From Mobula hypostoma (lineage: Eukaryota): a stretch of 64,000 bases of DNA. The notes below the pieces were generated by a model that saw only the letters and a program-made list of their open reading frames with translations, had not been told where the DNA came from and did not search any database. Positions 1 to 12,430 of the stretch are shown piece by piece (positions within the stretch are counted from its first letter, which is position 1; each line of letters opens with the position of its first letter). Both the position numbers and the translations under genes were made by a program. The DNA lies in NCBI RefSeq assembly GCF_963921235.1, contig NC_086097.1, positions 75,950,001 through 76,014,000 of the forward strand. Direction: 5' to 3'.

Positions 1-349
1 ACAGTACAGCATGTGACAGCTGGAGGTACTTGAAACTGGCAAACTGAGTAATAATTTTGTGCCAAACATGTTGCCATTCCATCAGCGGCTGCCACATAGC
101 AACCAGTGGTCAAAAGCAAATCCTTAACTCGAAGTTCTTCTCCCAGGAAATGAGAATATGACCTACAAACTGATCCACAGAACACTCTTGTAATAGATGC
201 AACTTAGACTCCTCGAGAGGATTCATTTGGCAGTCTCTTGGAGAGCAGCACAAACTCAAATGGTATATTTTTTCTTATTATATAGGTCCATGTCTCTTGA
301 ACAAAAGTGTTGAGTGGTGTTTAATGCTGTATGACATTGTTCAAACCAT

Positions 350-520
350 ATTAACATTCTGTAAAGGACTGAAGATAACTTCCCCACATTTAATTGGAGG
401 AAATTGTAGGCGTTCATGTTCTGGATCTTGATCAAGCAGTCTGACAAGACATAAGCACTACTGTATCCAAGAGAGGAAAATAGTGGTGAGATAGAGCTGT
501 GGGTAAGGCTCCCATCACTA
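350..520 (-). mobile_element. Degraded L2 LINE RT fragment
   Basis: The minus strand gives PQLYLTT...LSDCLIKIQNMNAYNFLQLNVGK, the L2 motif that follows YADD (QLY...LSDCL..I..WM..NFLQLN..K). Confidence 0.65.
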
Positions 521-3102
521 GTCTCCACAATCTGCCAGCAAAATCATAGCTAATCATCTTGCAGAAGAGTTGTAGAATCTTTCCAGAGAAAAACAAATGC
601 TACAGATCTGTAAACTTTTATCTTTCTCGATTACAAACCTTACTTTATAAAATGAAATCTATAGAAATTAGCTACATAGAATGTCTTCCTTTATGCAGCT
701 GGCACAGTGTTGTAGCGGCGTTCAGCATTTATGGCTTCTCTTGTTCTCATTAAAGTTATATCCTCTCTCCGTTATAATATCAATGACACAATAAACATTA
801 CAATAAAGTTCAGGTGTAATGATTCATAACAAGTAACCTAATTAACTATGATAAACTTGTAAGCATCCTCCATATTCTAATATTAAGCACTCTTCAAAAT
901 ATTCAGGTCAATACTTTGGATGTTTTGAGGACCATGGTTCCTATATCCATTGCCTTCATGGGAGTACAAAACATTTTCAAGATCTGCATTAATAAAATTT
1001 CAAGATCTGAATTTCTCAAAGTCAGTAGAATTCCATAATGCCTAAAATCAGAAGATATGGTTGCATAGAATTGTGCTGGAGAGAGAAACACAACTTGGGT
1101 GTTATTGCATGACCCATCTCTTCCCAATAACACTCAATTCTATCAGTTCATGGAATTAGCTATCAGGCAAAAAATGCAATGAATTATGAATCTTAAAATC
1201 TCATTCTGCACAAATTTCTCTTTAGGCTTTCAAGCAAATGCAATATAGTATCAGGACAATATAAAGGCAAATTTTTAAGTTATCAAACATATTAATATCA
1301 TAAACAAAAGGCAAGGTCTTGTACTCCAATAGTCCAACATACTTCCAATCAAATGCTCTAGCTTAGTGTTAAGCAACAAAGAGGCTGTACCCCTTCCCTC
1401 TGTAGTATAGGCTGAGAAGCTGACTTACTGATTCAATGCACTACTGTGCAGTATCAAGTTGCTGGAATGCCACCAAAGAACATTTGAATATGCTACTATT
1501 TACTTGTGTTCCCTCTCCCCACCCACCCAGGGTTTACCCATCATTTTTTTCCATTTGAGAGTAGTTTCTCTTTCTTCTCCACACTATGCCCAAAAGGACC
1601 CATGTCCCAGCTTTCATCAAATCTGTTCTAAAACTGGCTACATTTATTTATTGAATAGGCAGCCAATGTATATTTCTTCAAATGCTGCCTGGTTCCCTGC
1701 CAAGCACCCAGCATTTGGAAATTTCCCACAACATCCCCAGCTCTGAAAACTGATAGCTGCAAGCACTAGAATATATTGAAAGCATCAGAATTTACAGCCC
1801 TCCACAATGTAACCAGTTCAATCCTGGCAACTGATTAAAATCATCTTATTACGAATGTAAAAATGAAATTCTCCAATAATCAATAGATTTTCCATGTGTT
1901 TCATACGTCTACTGATCTAACAAGAAATGATTAACCCAAGCACATGTATTGGTAATCAAAGGGATATTAGTAGTGGAAAGAAGAAAAAGTGCAAAGAAGA
2001 GAAAGGGCATTATTGGAAGATATAAAATTTCATGGCAGAAAGACAAATCTACTCAAATACTTTTTATTATATCCTTTAATGTTTTAATAGAGATATTGCA
2101 CTTCTTTGTACGTGCTAGCCTTGTCTTTGCTGATATTCTTCCAATTTATTTTGTTTGTAAGTTGGAAATCTGAAATCCAGTTCCTAAATTGGAGTCTAAT
2201 AGAATACAGCTCATAGCTTTCTCTGGTTTCATATACTTTGAGCAGATGGGGAGCAAAATTGTCATATCTACTATGCTTGAGTAACGGTAGAAAAAACTGC
2301 TTCTATAGTTCTACTGGAAAGAAGTGCATTAGTGCACCAAGTCGAACTGCTGCCTCGCAGGTGCAGCAGCCAGGGATCAATCCTGACCCTTGATGCTGCC
2401 AGTGTAAAGTTCAACCAAGCACACCAATAATCTTCCAGGGCAGTCCTGTTAGTCGACGCTAGAGCTTTTTTCTTTGCTGTAAATTCCATGTAATTTGTCA
2501 TTATTATGGCATGTCATTTCAAAGCTCATTACATGGCAAGAAACATGGCTGTCATTTTTATGCACAGCAACACAAGCTTGATGATTACCAGAAATTATGT
2601 TTCTGTGGTGTTGATTGGAAGATAAATATGATCCAGGTTATGAATAAGATCAATAGTGTTGATTTTGAATATTGAGTGAAAGAGAATCTGTGAGGCAGAC
2701 CTCAGCAAGGATACAATATTCCCAACTGATGATCAGTTTTTAAAATACCAACAAGGTAACAGTATTTTTCCATGGATTCATAGTCATTTACAGAACTGAC
2801 TTGCTTCGCATGACAATGATCCTTGTGAGGCTAATAATAGGAGCTGGTGGGCTTCAAGGGATGCAGCTTGTTATTTTTCAAGCTAACTTGCCAATTGGAA
2901 ACTCTAATTGGGAAGAATACTGGCTTTACACCTCACCTCCAATGACTTTTACAGAGCATTAAATTGTGCAGGGTGTTTTACTAATCTTTCACCCAGTCTC
3001 ATCAGTTTCTAACAAGTGAGTTATGTTAATATTTCACTTGAGTTGGTGGATTGTGAGGTACATCATCCTTATTTCACTACTCAAAGCATGGATGCTATTG
3101 TA

Positions 3103-4676
3103 CAGTGCCTTGAAAAAGTATTTAGCCCCCACAACTATTTTCACATTTTGCTGTCTCATTTTCTAAATTTAAAATACTGAAGTGGGTTTTTTTTTGAGCT
3201 AAACTACAAAACATTATGTATCATGTCAAATCAAAAGAAAAATTCCAAAACCTGCCAACAATTCACTAAAAATTAAAAACTAAAATTGAGAGGTTGAAAA
3301 AGTATTCATCCCCTTTGTAATTACTATGCTAACTTTCCTGAGGTGAAATAATGTATATTACCTACCAACTCACCCAATTTGTTGATGTAAAAAATTGGAG
3401 GATCACCTGTTTTCAATGAATTCATAAGAATAAATATCCCCTCTCTCTGAAAGGTCCAACAGTATGGTAGATTTTCAACAGACCAAACCAAAACGAAGAC
3501 AAAAGAGCATTCAAGACAAGTCAGAGAAATGATAATAGAGAAGTATAAAACTGAACAAGACCATCTCAAACATATCTCGGATTCAGTGCGATCCATTATG
3601 AAAAAGCAGAAAAAATATTAACATACAGCTATACTACCTAGGTCAGGCCCACCCCTCTAAAATTAGTCACTGGAGAAGAATGGTACTCATAAGAGAGGCT
3701 ACTGAGACACTAACATTTGCCTAAGCCGCAGAAGTCACTGGCTGCAACTGGATTTGAATTTCATGACTCCACAACCTCTAAGGCTTTGCACAAAAAAGGT
3801 ATTTATGAAAGAGTGACAAGGAAGAAGGTCTGACTAAAAATAAAACATAACCTTGTACATAAAAGCATTGCTTTGCAAAGCATCACTTACAAGATGAGCA
3901 AGAAAGTCTTGCGGTCAGATGGACTCAACATTGAGCAGTATGTGTGGCGTAAATCTAATACTGAATATCGGCCAAGTAACACCATCCCTACTGTAAAGCA
4001 TGGTGGAGGTAGCGTCATGCTATTGGGATGCTTTTCAGCAGCAGGGACTGGGAATCTGGTCAGATATGAAGATTAATGCTGCTAAACACAGAGAGATCCT
4101 GGATAAAAACCTGCCACCCTCTACCAAAAAGGTTAAACAGGGGTGGATGTTTGTCTTTCAGCAAGACAATGCCCCAAAGCACACTTTCAGAGCAACCATG
4201 AAGTGGCTTCAAATGAAGAAAATTGATGTCCTTAGGTGCCCAGTCAGAGTCCTGACCTTAACCGATCGATCAACTCTAGCAAGACCTGAAGATTGTTGTC
4301 CACTGTTGCTCCCCAACAAACCTGGCACAGCTTGAGCACTTTTGCAAGGAGGAATGGGCAAATCTTGCTCCATTATGTTGTGTAAAGATAAAAGACACCT
4401 ACCCAAAAAGAGTACTGACTGTAATAGCTGTGAGAGGTGGTCAACTAAGTACTGAGCAAAGGGGGGTGAATACTTTTGAACCGCTGTCATTTCAGTATTT
4501 GATTTTTTAGTTTTCATGCTTTACAATTTTCCCTGTTTTTTGAGGGGGTCTCTACTGTGAAAATAAGGAGCATGTGATTCACAAATAAAAATTCTCAGTT
4601 AAATTGATTAAAATTCCAGATTGTAATACTTGTTTATGTGAACAAACTGGGGATTGAATACTTTTTCAGAGCACTG
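3103..4676 (+). mobile_element. Full-length, inactivated Tc1-like (DD34E) DNA transposon, IR/DR type
   Basis: Ends TA|CAGTGCCTTGAAAAAGTATT ... AATACTTTTTCAGAGCACTG|TA, with inner direct repeats near 3293 and 4465. Transposase relics are [51 protein letters not shown] and C-terminal GSTKY* (stop ends 4455), with frameshifts and stops. Confidence 0.93.
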
Positions 4677-5241
4677 TAAAGAGTATTTATAAATGGAAAA
4701 TGGGATGAAAACCTTTTGTTCTTGTCCTCTTCTGAAGATGTGCCATACTAGCAAAGAAAGTGGAAAAATGACCAAAAGATAAGGAATAGCATCTGAATGG
4801 GATAGTTCAGAGACTGGTACGAATCAAAATACAGTGGATTCTGCCTAATTGGGTCATATTGGGACCAGTATATTTTAACCCAATTAGCTGAAGTTTCATG
4901 GAAATAGTTAAACAGGCATTTTAAAAAACTAACTATCCTTTAACTGAGAAACAAATTATCTATTCAAATAAAATACGGAATAAATTAGAATACTACCAAA
5001 ACTATTACACTACTATAAAACTCTATTAATTGCTAATAGATCTCACAGAGGAATTCATTCACTGTACATTGACATATTATTTTGATTGACTGCAAATGAA
5101 CAAAGTCAGAGCTGACCCCTACTGCAGATAGTGGATTGCCTTCAAACAGTGCTTTCAACAATTGTAACATTCATTGTAACATTTCATTGTAACATTCAAA
5201 ACAATTGTCAATACCTTCAAATTCTTCATAGTTCCTAATTT

Positions 5242-8200
5242 AGACCATAAGACCATAAAACAAAGGAGCAGAAGTCGGCCATTTCGCCCATCAAGTCTGC
5301 TCCGCCATTTTATCATGAGCTGATCCATTCTCCCATTTAGTCCCACTCCCCCGCCTTCTCACCATAACCTTTGATGCCCTGGCTACTCAGATACCTATCA
5401 ATCTCTGCCTTAAATACACCCAATGACTTGGCCTCCACTGCCGCCCGTGGCAACAAATTCCATAGATTCACCACCCTCTGGCTAAAAAAATTTCTTCGCA
5501 TCTCTGTTCTGAATGGGCGCCCTTCAATCCTTAAGTCATGCCCTCTCATACTAGACTCCCCCACCATGGGAAGCAATTTTGCCACATCCACTCTGTCCAT
5601 GCATTTCAACATTCGAAATGCTTCTATGAGGTCCCCCCTCATTCTTCTAAACTCCAAGGAATACAGTCCAAGAGCGGACAAACGTTCCTCATATGTTAAC
5701 TATCTCATTCCCGGAATCATTCTAGTGAATCTTCTCTGAACCCTCTCCAACACCAGCACATCCTTTCTTAAATAAAGAGCCCAGAACTGCCTACAGTACT
5801 CCAAGTGAGGTCTTACCAGTGTCTTAGAGAGCCTCAACATCACATCCCTGCTCCTATACTCTATTCCTATAGAAATGAATGCCAACATTGCATTCATCTT
5901 TTTCACCACCAACTCAACCTGGAGGTTAACCTTAAGGCAGCGGTCCCCAACCACCGGGCCGCAAAGCATGTGCTACCGGGCCGCAAGGAAACGATATGAT
6001 TTGGTGATATGAGTCAGCCACACCTTTCCTCATTTCGTCACGCCCACTGTTGAGCTTGAATGCATGCGCGGTCATTACGCACGTCATCCATGTCAGCGCG
6101 GGAAGGAGATCAACTCCTCGAGCTTGCCAATGACGGCGGGCTGAAAAGTGTGTTTGACATAACATCTCTGCCGGCATTCTGGATCAAAATCAAGGCTAAA
6201 TATCCTGAGATAGCCACAAAAGCACTGAAAACATTTCCAACATATCTCTGCAATGAATGCAACGAAAACTAAATTGCAGAATAGACTGGTCATAAGGAAC
6301 TCCTTTCGAGTATCGCTGTCTCCCATCACTCCTCGATGGGACCGTCTTGTTGCAAGGAAACAAGCCCAGGGCTCCCACTGATTCAACGATATTGGTGTGT
6401 TGCAATGATTTTATATCTTCATACGGGGAAAATATGCGCTGTGTGTTTAATATCCAAATGTTACTTAAAATGTTATGATGCTATTGACTTATAATTGACT
6501 TATCACTATATTCATGCGAGGAAAATATGCGCTGTGCGTTTAATATTAACCTCGTTAGATAAACCCTTTTAGAAACGAAATTGAGTGTATTAGCCTCATC
6601 ACCTATATTCCGGTTGTGATTAACACCCACTCTCCTGAACAGAATCACCATAAACGATCTGTAGAAAAAAAAATCGGCACGTACACACATGCGCACTGGT
6701 GCCCGCGCAAGGCTTCATGGTCATGGTAGTCTTCTCGGGGTAAACACAACGTATTTGACGGTTACTCTTGTCCGTTGGCAACCCTACCCCACCCCCACCA
6801 GTCGGCGGTCCGCAAGAATATTGTCAATAATAAACCGGTCTGCAGTGCAAAAAAAGTTGGGGACCCCTGCCTTAAGGGTATCCTGCACGAGGACTCCCAA
6901 GTCCCGCTGCATCTCAGAACTTTGAATTCTCGCCCTATTTAAATAATAGTCTGCCCGTTTATTTCTTTTGCCAAAGTGTATAACCATAAACTTTCCAACA
7001 TTGTATTTTATTTACCAATTCTTTGCCCATTCTCCCAATCTATCCAAGTCTCTCTGCAGACTCTCTGTTTCCTCAGCACTACTGGCCCTTCCACCTATCT
7101 TTGTATCATCAGCAAACTTAGCCACAAAGCCATCTATTCCATAATCCAAATTGTTATGTACAACGTAAAAAGAAGCGGCCCCAACACGGACCCCTGTGGA
7201 ACACCACTGGTAACCGGCAGCCAACCAGAGTAGGATCCCTTTTTTCCCGCTCTCTGTTTCCTGCCAATCAGCCAACGCTCTATCCACGTATGTAACTTTC
7301 CCGTAATTCCATGGGCTCTTATCTTGTTAAGCAGCCTCATGTGTGGCACCTTGTCAAAGGCCTTCTGAAAATCCAAATATACAACATCCACTACATCTCC
7401 CTTGTCTAGCCTACTTGTAATTTCCTCAAAAAATTGCAATAGGTTTGTCAGACAGGATTTTCCTTCAGGGAAATCATGCTGAGTTTTGCCTATCTTGTCA
7501 TATGCCTCCAGGTACTCTGTAACCTCATCCTTGACAATCGACTCCAACAACTTCCCAACCACCGATGTCAAGCTAACAGGTCTATAATTTCCTTTTTGCT
7601 TCCTTGCCCCCTTCTTAAATAGCAGAGTGACATTTGCAATCTTCCAGACCTCCGGAACCATGCCAGAATCTATTGACTTTTGAAAGATCATCGCTAATGC
7701 CTCCGCAATCTCCACAGCTACTTCCTTCAGAACACGAGGGTGCATCCCATCTGGTCTGGGAGATTTATCTACCTTTAGACTATTCAGCTTCCCGAGTACT
7801 TTCTCTGTCGTAATTGTGACTGCGCACACTTCTCTTCCCTGACACCCTTGAGTGTCCGGGATACTGCTGTCTTCCTCAGTGAAGACTGATGCAAAATACT
7901 CCTTCAGTTCCTCCGCCATCTCCTTATCTCCCATTACAATTTCTCCAACATCATTTTCTATCGGTCCTATATCTACTCTCATCTGTTTTTTACTCTTTAT
8001 ATACTTGAAAAAGCTTTTAGTAACCTCTTTGATATTATTTGCTAGCTTCATTTCATAGTTCATCTTTTCCCTCTTAATGACCTTCTTAGTTTCTTTCTGT
8101 AAGCTTTTAAAAATTTCCCAATCCTCTGTCTTCCCACTAATTTTTGCTACCTTGTATACCCTCTCCTTTGCTTTAACTTTGGCTTTGATTTCTCTTGTCA

Positions 8201-8360
8201 GCCACAGTTACATCCTTTTTCCATTCAAAAATTTCTTTTTTTTTTGAATATATCTGTCTTGCACCTTCCTCACTTCTTGCATAAACTCCAGCCACTGCTG
8301 CTCTGCTGTTCTTCCCGCAAGTGTCCCTTTCCAGTCTACTTTGGCCAGTTCCTCTCTCAT
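5242..8360 (-). mobile_element. 5'-truncated CR1 LINE (ORF2 RT region), interrupted by a hAT
   Basis: 309-aa ORF 8063-7134 with KSPRPDG, NYRPVSLTSVVGK, YLDFQKAFDKVPH and SGVPQGSVLGP; KFADDTKI follows, then C-terminal RRNFFSQRVVNLWN and a 3' microsatellite (TCTTATGG)n at 5242-5257. Confidence 0.96.
5938..6869 (+). mobile_element. Non-autonomous hAT (Buster/Charlie group) with transposase C-terminal remnant
   Basis: Perfect 8-bp TSD CCTTAAGG (5930-5937 and 6870-6877) and TIRs CAGCGGTCCCCAAC / GTTGGGGACCCCTG. Dimerisation-domain relic SLPAFWIKIKAKYPEIATKALKT..FPTYLC ... ITPRWDRLVARKQAQGSH*. Confidence 0.95.
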
Positions 8361-9171
8361 TTTGTTGAAGTTGTGAAATTGTTGGCATCTCCAAGCCTGA
8401 ATATTTGAAAGGACAGTGAGCAGAACATTTCTGAATTGTCTGTTTATTCCTCGCCAGCTATCAGTGACAAAAATCACTGTTTTTTGAACACAAACACGCA
8501 AGTGACATTATTTAAAAACCATTCACTTTAAGTGCAGTGTAGTGTCTAATGACCACACACGACTGACGCTGGTTGAAAAATGTTTGGCAACTAAGTGGCA
8601 GAGTGTTCCAAAGAAACAAAGGAAACCCTGGCTATTTTCTTGATTTGGTTTTGTTCTATAATAGTTGTTCCAAATAAGCAGCTGCCCTGATTAGCCATGG
8701 GCCCAATTAACTGGAATTCATTATATCTAAATCTGAGCATTACTTTCTACATAGCTACAAAGGGAAATCATATAATGTCATCTTCAACGTTTATGGAAAC
8801 TCTCTGAACCAGGTGATCTGATTAAATCTGAAGTCATCCTTCAATATACCTAGAGTCATTCTGAAAAAAAAACATTGCCTTCTCAGTGTAAATTACATTA
8901 AGGTTCCCATCTCATCAAGGTAAAAATGCATTGGATGAATGAAGCAGTGACAGTGTGTTAATTAAATGAAGCTGCAAAAGAAAACCTTACTATCACTTTC
9001 CTTTGCAACCAATCTACAGAGGAGAATAAAAAGGAAACAACTGTACAGTTCCCAGTATTGATTTAGTCCCCAGATTATAAATAAACACAGGCAGCTGGAA
9101 CTGGGTCATATTGCAGAGCTATTGGAAGAAAATTTGATTATATATGGGATTTCAGAAGACCCTGTTGTTAC

Positions 9172-10030
9172 CAATTCAAGTTTAATTGTCATACAACCAC
9201 ACACATGTATACAGTTAAATGAAATAGTACTCCTCCGGGAGAAGGTGTAAAACTATAACAGCTGTCACACACACTTGCACACAGCACATGCAGTTACAAC
9301 AGCAGAAATACATAAAGTCACAGCAAATTACTATAGCCCAAGTCTCTGAGGGGCAGGGCCTGAAGATTGAAGGTGCATGGGATGGCCATCCTGGAGCCAT
9401 GATTTGGCAGGAACAAACACACAGCAGATCCTCACATGTTCAAGTGCAGCTGTAGACAAATGCAATCCAGGTTCTCTTCCACCAAACATTGGAAGGCAGC
9501 ACCAATGGGAGGGGCGAGACCCAACCCAGCATGGAATCCAGCACACTCACTGTACCCATGCGCTCACCCCCATCATCTCGAGCACCTCCCCCCTTGACCG
9601 GCTGCAACACGTGACACTGTAGCATGAGAGCTTAGTCGGCGCAACAACCGAGGCCACACAGCTCCCCCACCATCCGTCTTATCAAATAGCCAGGACTGCA
9701 TTATCTTATATTACCAATGTCCAACAGGGTCTTGCAATCACAAGAAAAACGTCCAAGACAATAATTTGCATCACCTGTTGGACCGCGCACTGCCTCCGAG
9801 CACCGTGTCCACCGTGGATGTAGCGGGCGACGACACAGTATACAATAAGCTCATGCTGAGCTCCACCACTATACAGCAACTCGCTAGTGGGGTAAATCTG
9901 CAGTATTTGGGGTGTTCTTAATATCCAGCTGTGTCTTGCAATTGTAAGAACGATGTAAAGGATGAACAACTACACCACTGGTTGGACCCAGAGAGGCCGC
10001 TGCGACCAAGCACGCTGCCATTTTACTAGA
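9172..10030 (-). mobile_element. Probable non-coding retroposon copy (LINE 3'-UTR-like tail)
   Basis: Abrupt GC/CpG-richer block ending on the minus strand in TGACAATTAAACTTGAATTG, a tail type similar to the Rex1-like copies in this window; family not established. Confidence 0.45.
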
Positions 10031-12255
10031 TGATCCTCTCATCAGACAATGTTATTAAAATCCCCAAAATGAGTCAAAGTTCAATTTTAAATTATCCAAC
10101 TATGGAGGTGGGTAGAAGGATAAAGACCAAGATTTCTTATCATCTATAATTGCATAACACAGTCCAAACCATTAATTACTCTGTGGTTATTGTCAGTTTA
10201 TCAGGAAGACTCTCCTTATCCAATTCACATAACCGAACGAAGGCTCAATCAAGTGAATTTGTAAAAAAATAGCAAATGCTGCTGCAATCAACCGACTGTA
10301 GTTGAAGGAGGGATACGAGCTGCAATTCGTTGAAATAGTATGAATGCAAGTAGATGATACCCCAATGAAGTGTGAAATTTTGGAGAAATGCAGACACGGG
10401 TTACAACTTAAACTTTGGACAGAGCAATCTAGATGGTGGTAGAAGTCAATGTTGCAGCATTATGTAAAGTGTGATTGACATACCACAGTGAGAAAGCCTA
10501 TCTGCCTGCATTAGATCCCAAAGATACTTTGAAAATAATATTAATGTTTTAAAAAAATGGCTACTTAAGGTTTTCAGCAGGTACTATTATTGTATAAAAA
10601 GTAGTAAAATCTGATTGGTACTTCAGAAATTGGCTTTTGTTTCATGCATGTCATCATCCTATAACTGAAAGAATCTTACCAGAACAGAAAGAAATGGTGA
10701 TCTTATTTTAATAGTTGAATAATACAAAGAAATGCTGTTACATTGAATACTACGGTAGTTATACACCCTGATAGGAATGTAAACACACATCCATCAAGTA
10801 GTCCAATCACAAAAAGACAAGGTACCTAACATTCTAAGTTTAAAGTTATGAAAATTCTTCATGAAACTAGAAGTTGAAAATTGTTTTAAAAATTTTTAAA
10901 TGTACTGTAGATTAAACCTTAAAGATTGAAATGATTAGGATGAAGTTTTGTTACCAATTTATTCAAAGGATTGATCTGCTATAATCTGTTTAAGATGGAA
11001 AAATTATATATTAACTGTTTATAAATTTTCTTCACAAGCACATTAACCAAATGGGATTATCTCTAAGTCCTGTGTTTATGATGCAAATGGCACAGGATAT
11101 TGGCACATTATGTTTTCTGGAACTCAGGGTAATGGAGGCGTAGTCTTGAACACCTGAGAGGATATTTGCTTCTATATTTAAATACCTCTGGGTATCATTG
11201 TGGACTGACAAAGATTTTCAAAAGAAGACAAATGGCAACAATGTCTAGGACAATTAATGTCTCCAACAGAGTTCTCTCATAAAACGTTTTATCTTCTATG
11301 TCCACCAAACCTTAGCCTGATTGGAATATGCTGCTTTACAATGCCATGGCACCACAATGCAGAAAATAATGGGGAAAGTGTTTAAGTAATTGTATGTGCT
11401 TTTTTTCTCCCTAGTGATAAACTATTTAAGGATAACCACCATTAAGCCTCACTGGAAGTTGGCTGAAGTATCAAAATATACAAAATAAAAGTGAACTCTG
11501 TGAGATGATCATACTGTATTTTCTCAAATCACTAGCATTCATTAGCTTGTGTCTGATTAACCTCTTTCCCTGACTTATGTGTGAACAAAGACAAGATTCA
11601 CAAATGTATTCCTGAATAGAACAGTTTCCATCCATTTTCCTCAGTAACTGCCCAGTACATAACAATTCTCTCAAATCTCAGACAAAATAAATCGTTGAAA
11701 CTCATATGGACACTGGTATTGAAGGAATAATCACAAAAATATTTCAATATTTTTCTCTAAATAGAGAAATAACTGAGTTTTTATCTTATTGAATAAAGTA
11801 CTTAATTTTAAATTTCCAGACATCGATTTTGTGTATAGTTAAGTAACAAATTGAATAAAATATCAATGCACTTCAATATTTTGGCTGTTACTTTTTTTTA
11901 AAGCCCACGTTATTCCTGTACAAGCTGACAAAGATGGTTTTAAACTGTCTATTAAAACAGTACCTTAAAATGAGAATATATCAGGGCTATTTACATTTTA
12001 TAAACCCATTACCTTTATTCCACAGAAACTAATAAACATTTTGTTATGGGCAGCTTATTCATATATGTAGAATGAAATCTAAAATGGATTAATAGTTATA
12101 AAATCAGGGAAAAAAAACATTAAAAATGCAACTGCTTCCAAAATAATTAAACAGCTATTGATTTAAAGATATCTGTTGTCTTGGGAAATGGTCTATTGAG
12201 GAGACTCCAATCTGCTAACAACAATGAGTTCCACTGTAACGAAAGTAAATCTTAC

Positions 12256-12430
12256 CAAAGGACTGAATGCAGGTCTCCAGTAGGTCATCTAGACTGGCCC
12301 CTTTAGATAGCTGACCAACAGACATCATGCTCACTCGAGTGATCGGAGCAAGGTTTAAGCTTGATATACTGTAGCTCGCTGTTTAGGAGCAGTGGCAACT
12401 TCAAGATTTCTGCATTCTTGCCGGGGTTTC
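12256..12430 (-). CDS. RASGRP1: RASGRP1 (RAS guanyl-releasing protein 1) exon 2, N-terminus and start of REM domain; frame discontinuity as written
   Basis: 12328-12256 translates [24 protein letters not shown](D), matching human RASGRP1 [26 protein letters not shown], and ends at a phase-1 donor TTTG|GTAAG. The acceptor tttcatcttccAG|G at 12431/12430 is followed by KPRQECR (human KPSHGCR). Confidence 0.93.

Larger units (their letters stand above)
4832..8723. mobile_element. Non-autonomous pogo/Tigger-like element split by a CR1 insertion (arms 4832-5241 and 8361-8723)
   Basis: Degenerate TIRs TA|CAGTGGATTCTGCCTAATTGGG and GCCCAATTAACTGGAATTCATTA|TA. The two arms rejoin as ...gttcctaattt/gttgaagttgtgaaatt when the CR1 is removed. 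Confidence 0.65.

Noticed and set aside
88-103. RFX X-box-like motifs (also about 17936 and 32021)
   Set aside because: Imperfect half-sites or spacing with no supporting context; expected by chance in 64 kb.
1-162. Minus-strand open frame SYSHFLGEELRVKDLLLTTGCY... after tttgtAG as RASGRP1 exon 3
   Set aside because: No similarity to exon 3 ([21 protein letters not shown]), and the frame imposed by the phase-1 donor of exon 2 hits a stop. Exon 3 appears to lie outside the window.
2706-2822. U12-like donor GTATCCTT on the minus strand with an approximately 107-nt open frame
   Set aside because: The translation has no resemblance to RASGRP exon 3 and the acceptor phase does not fit.
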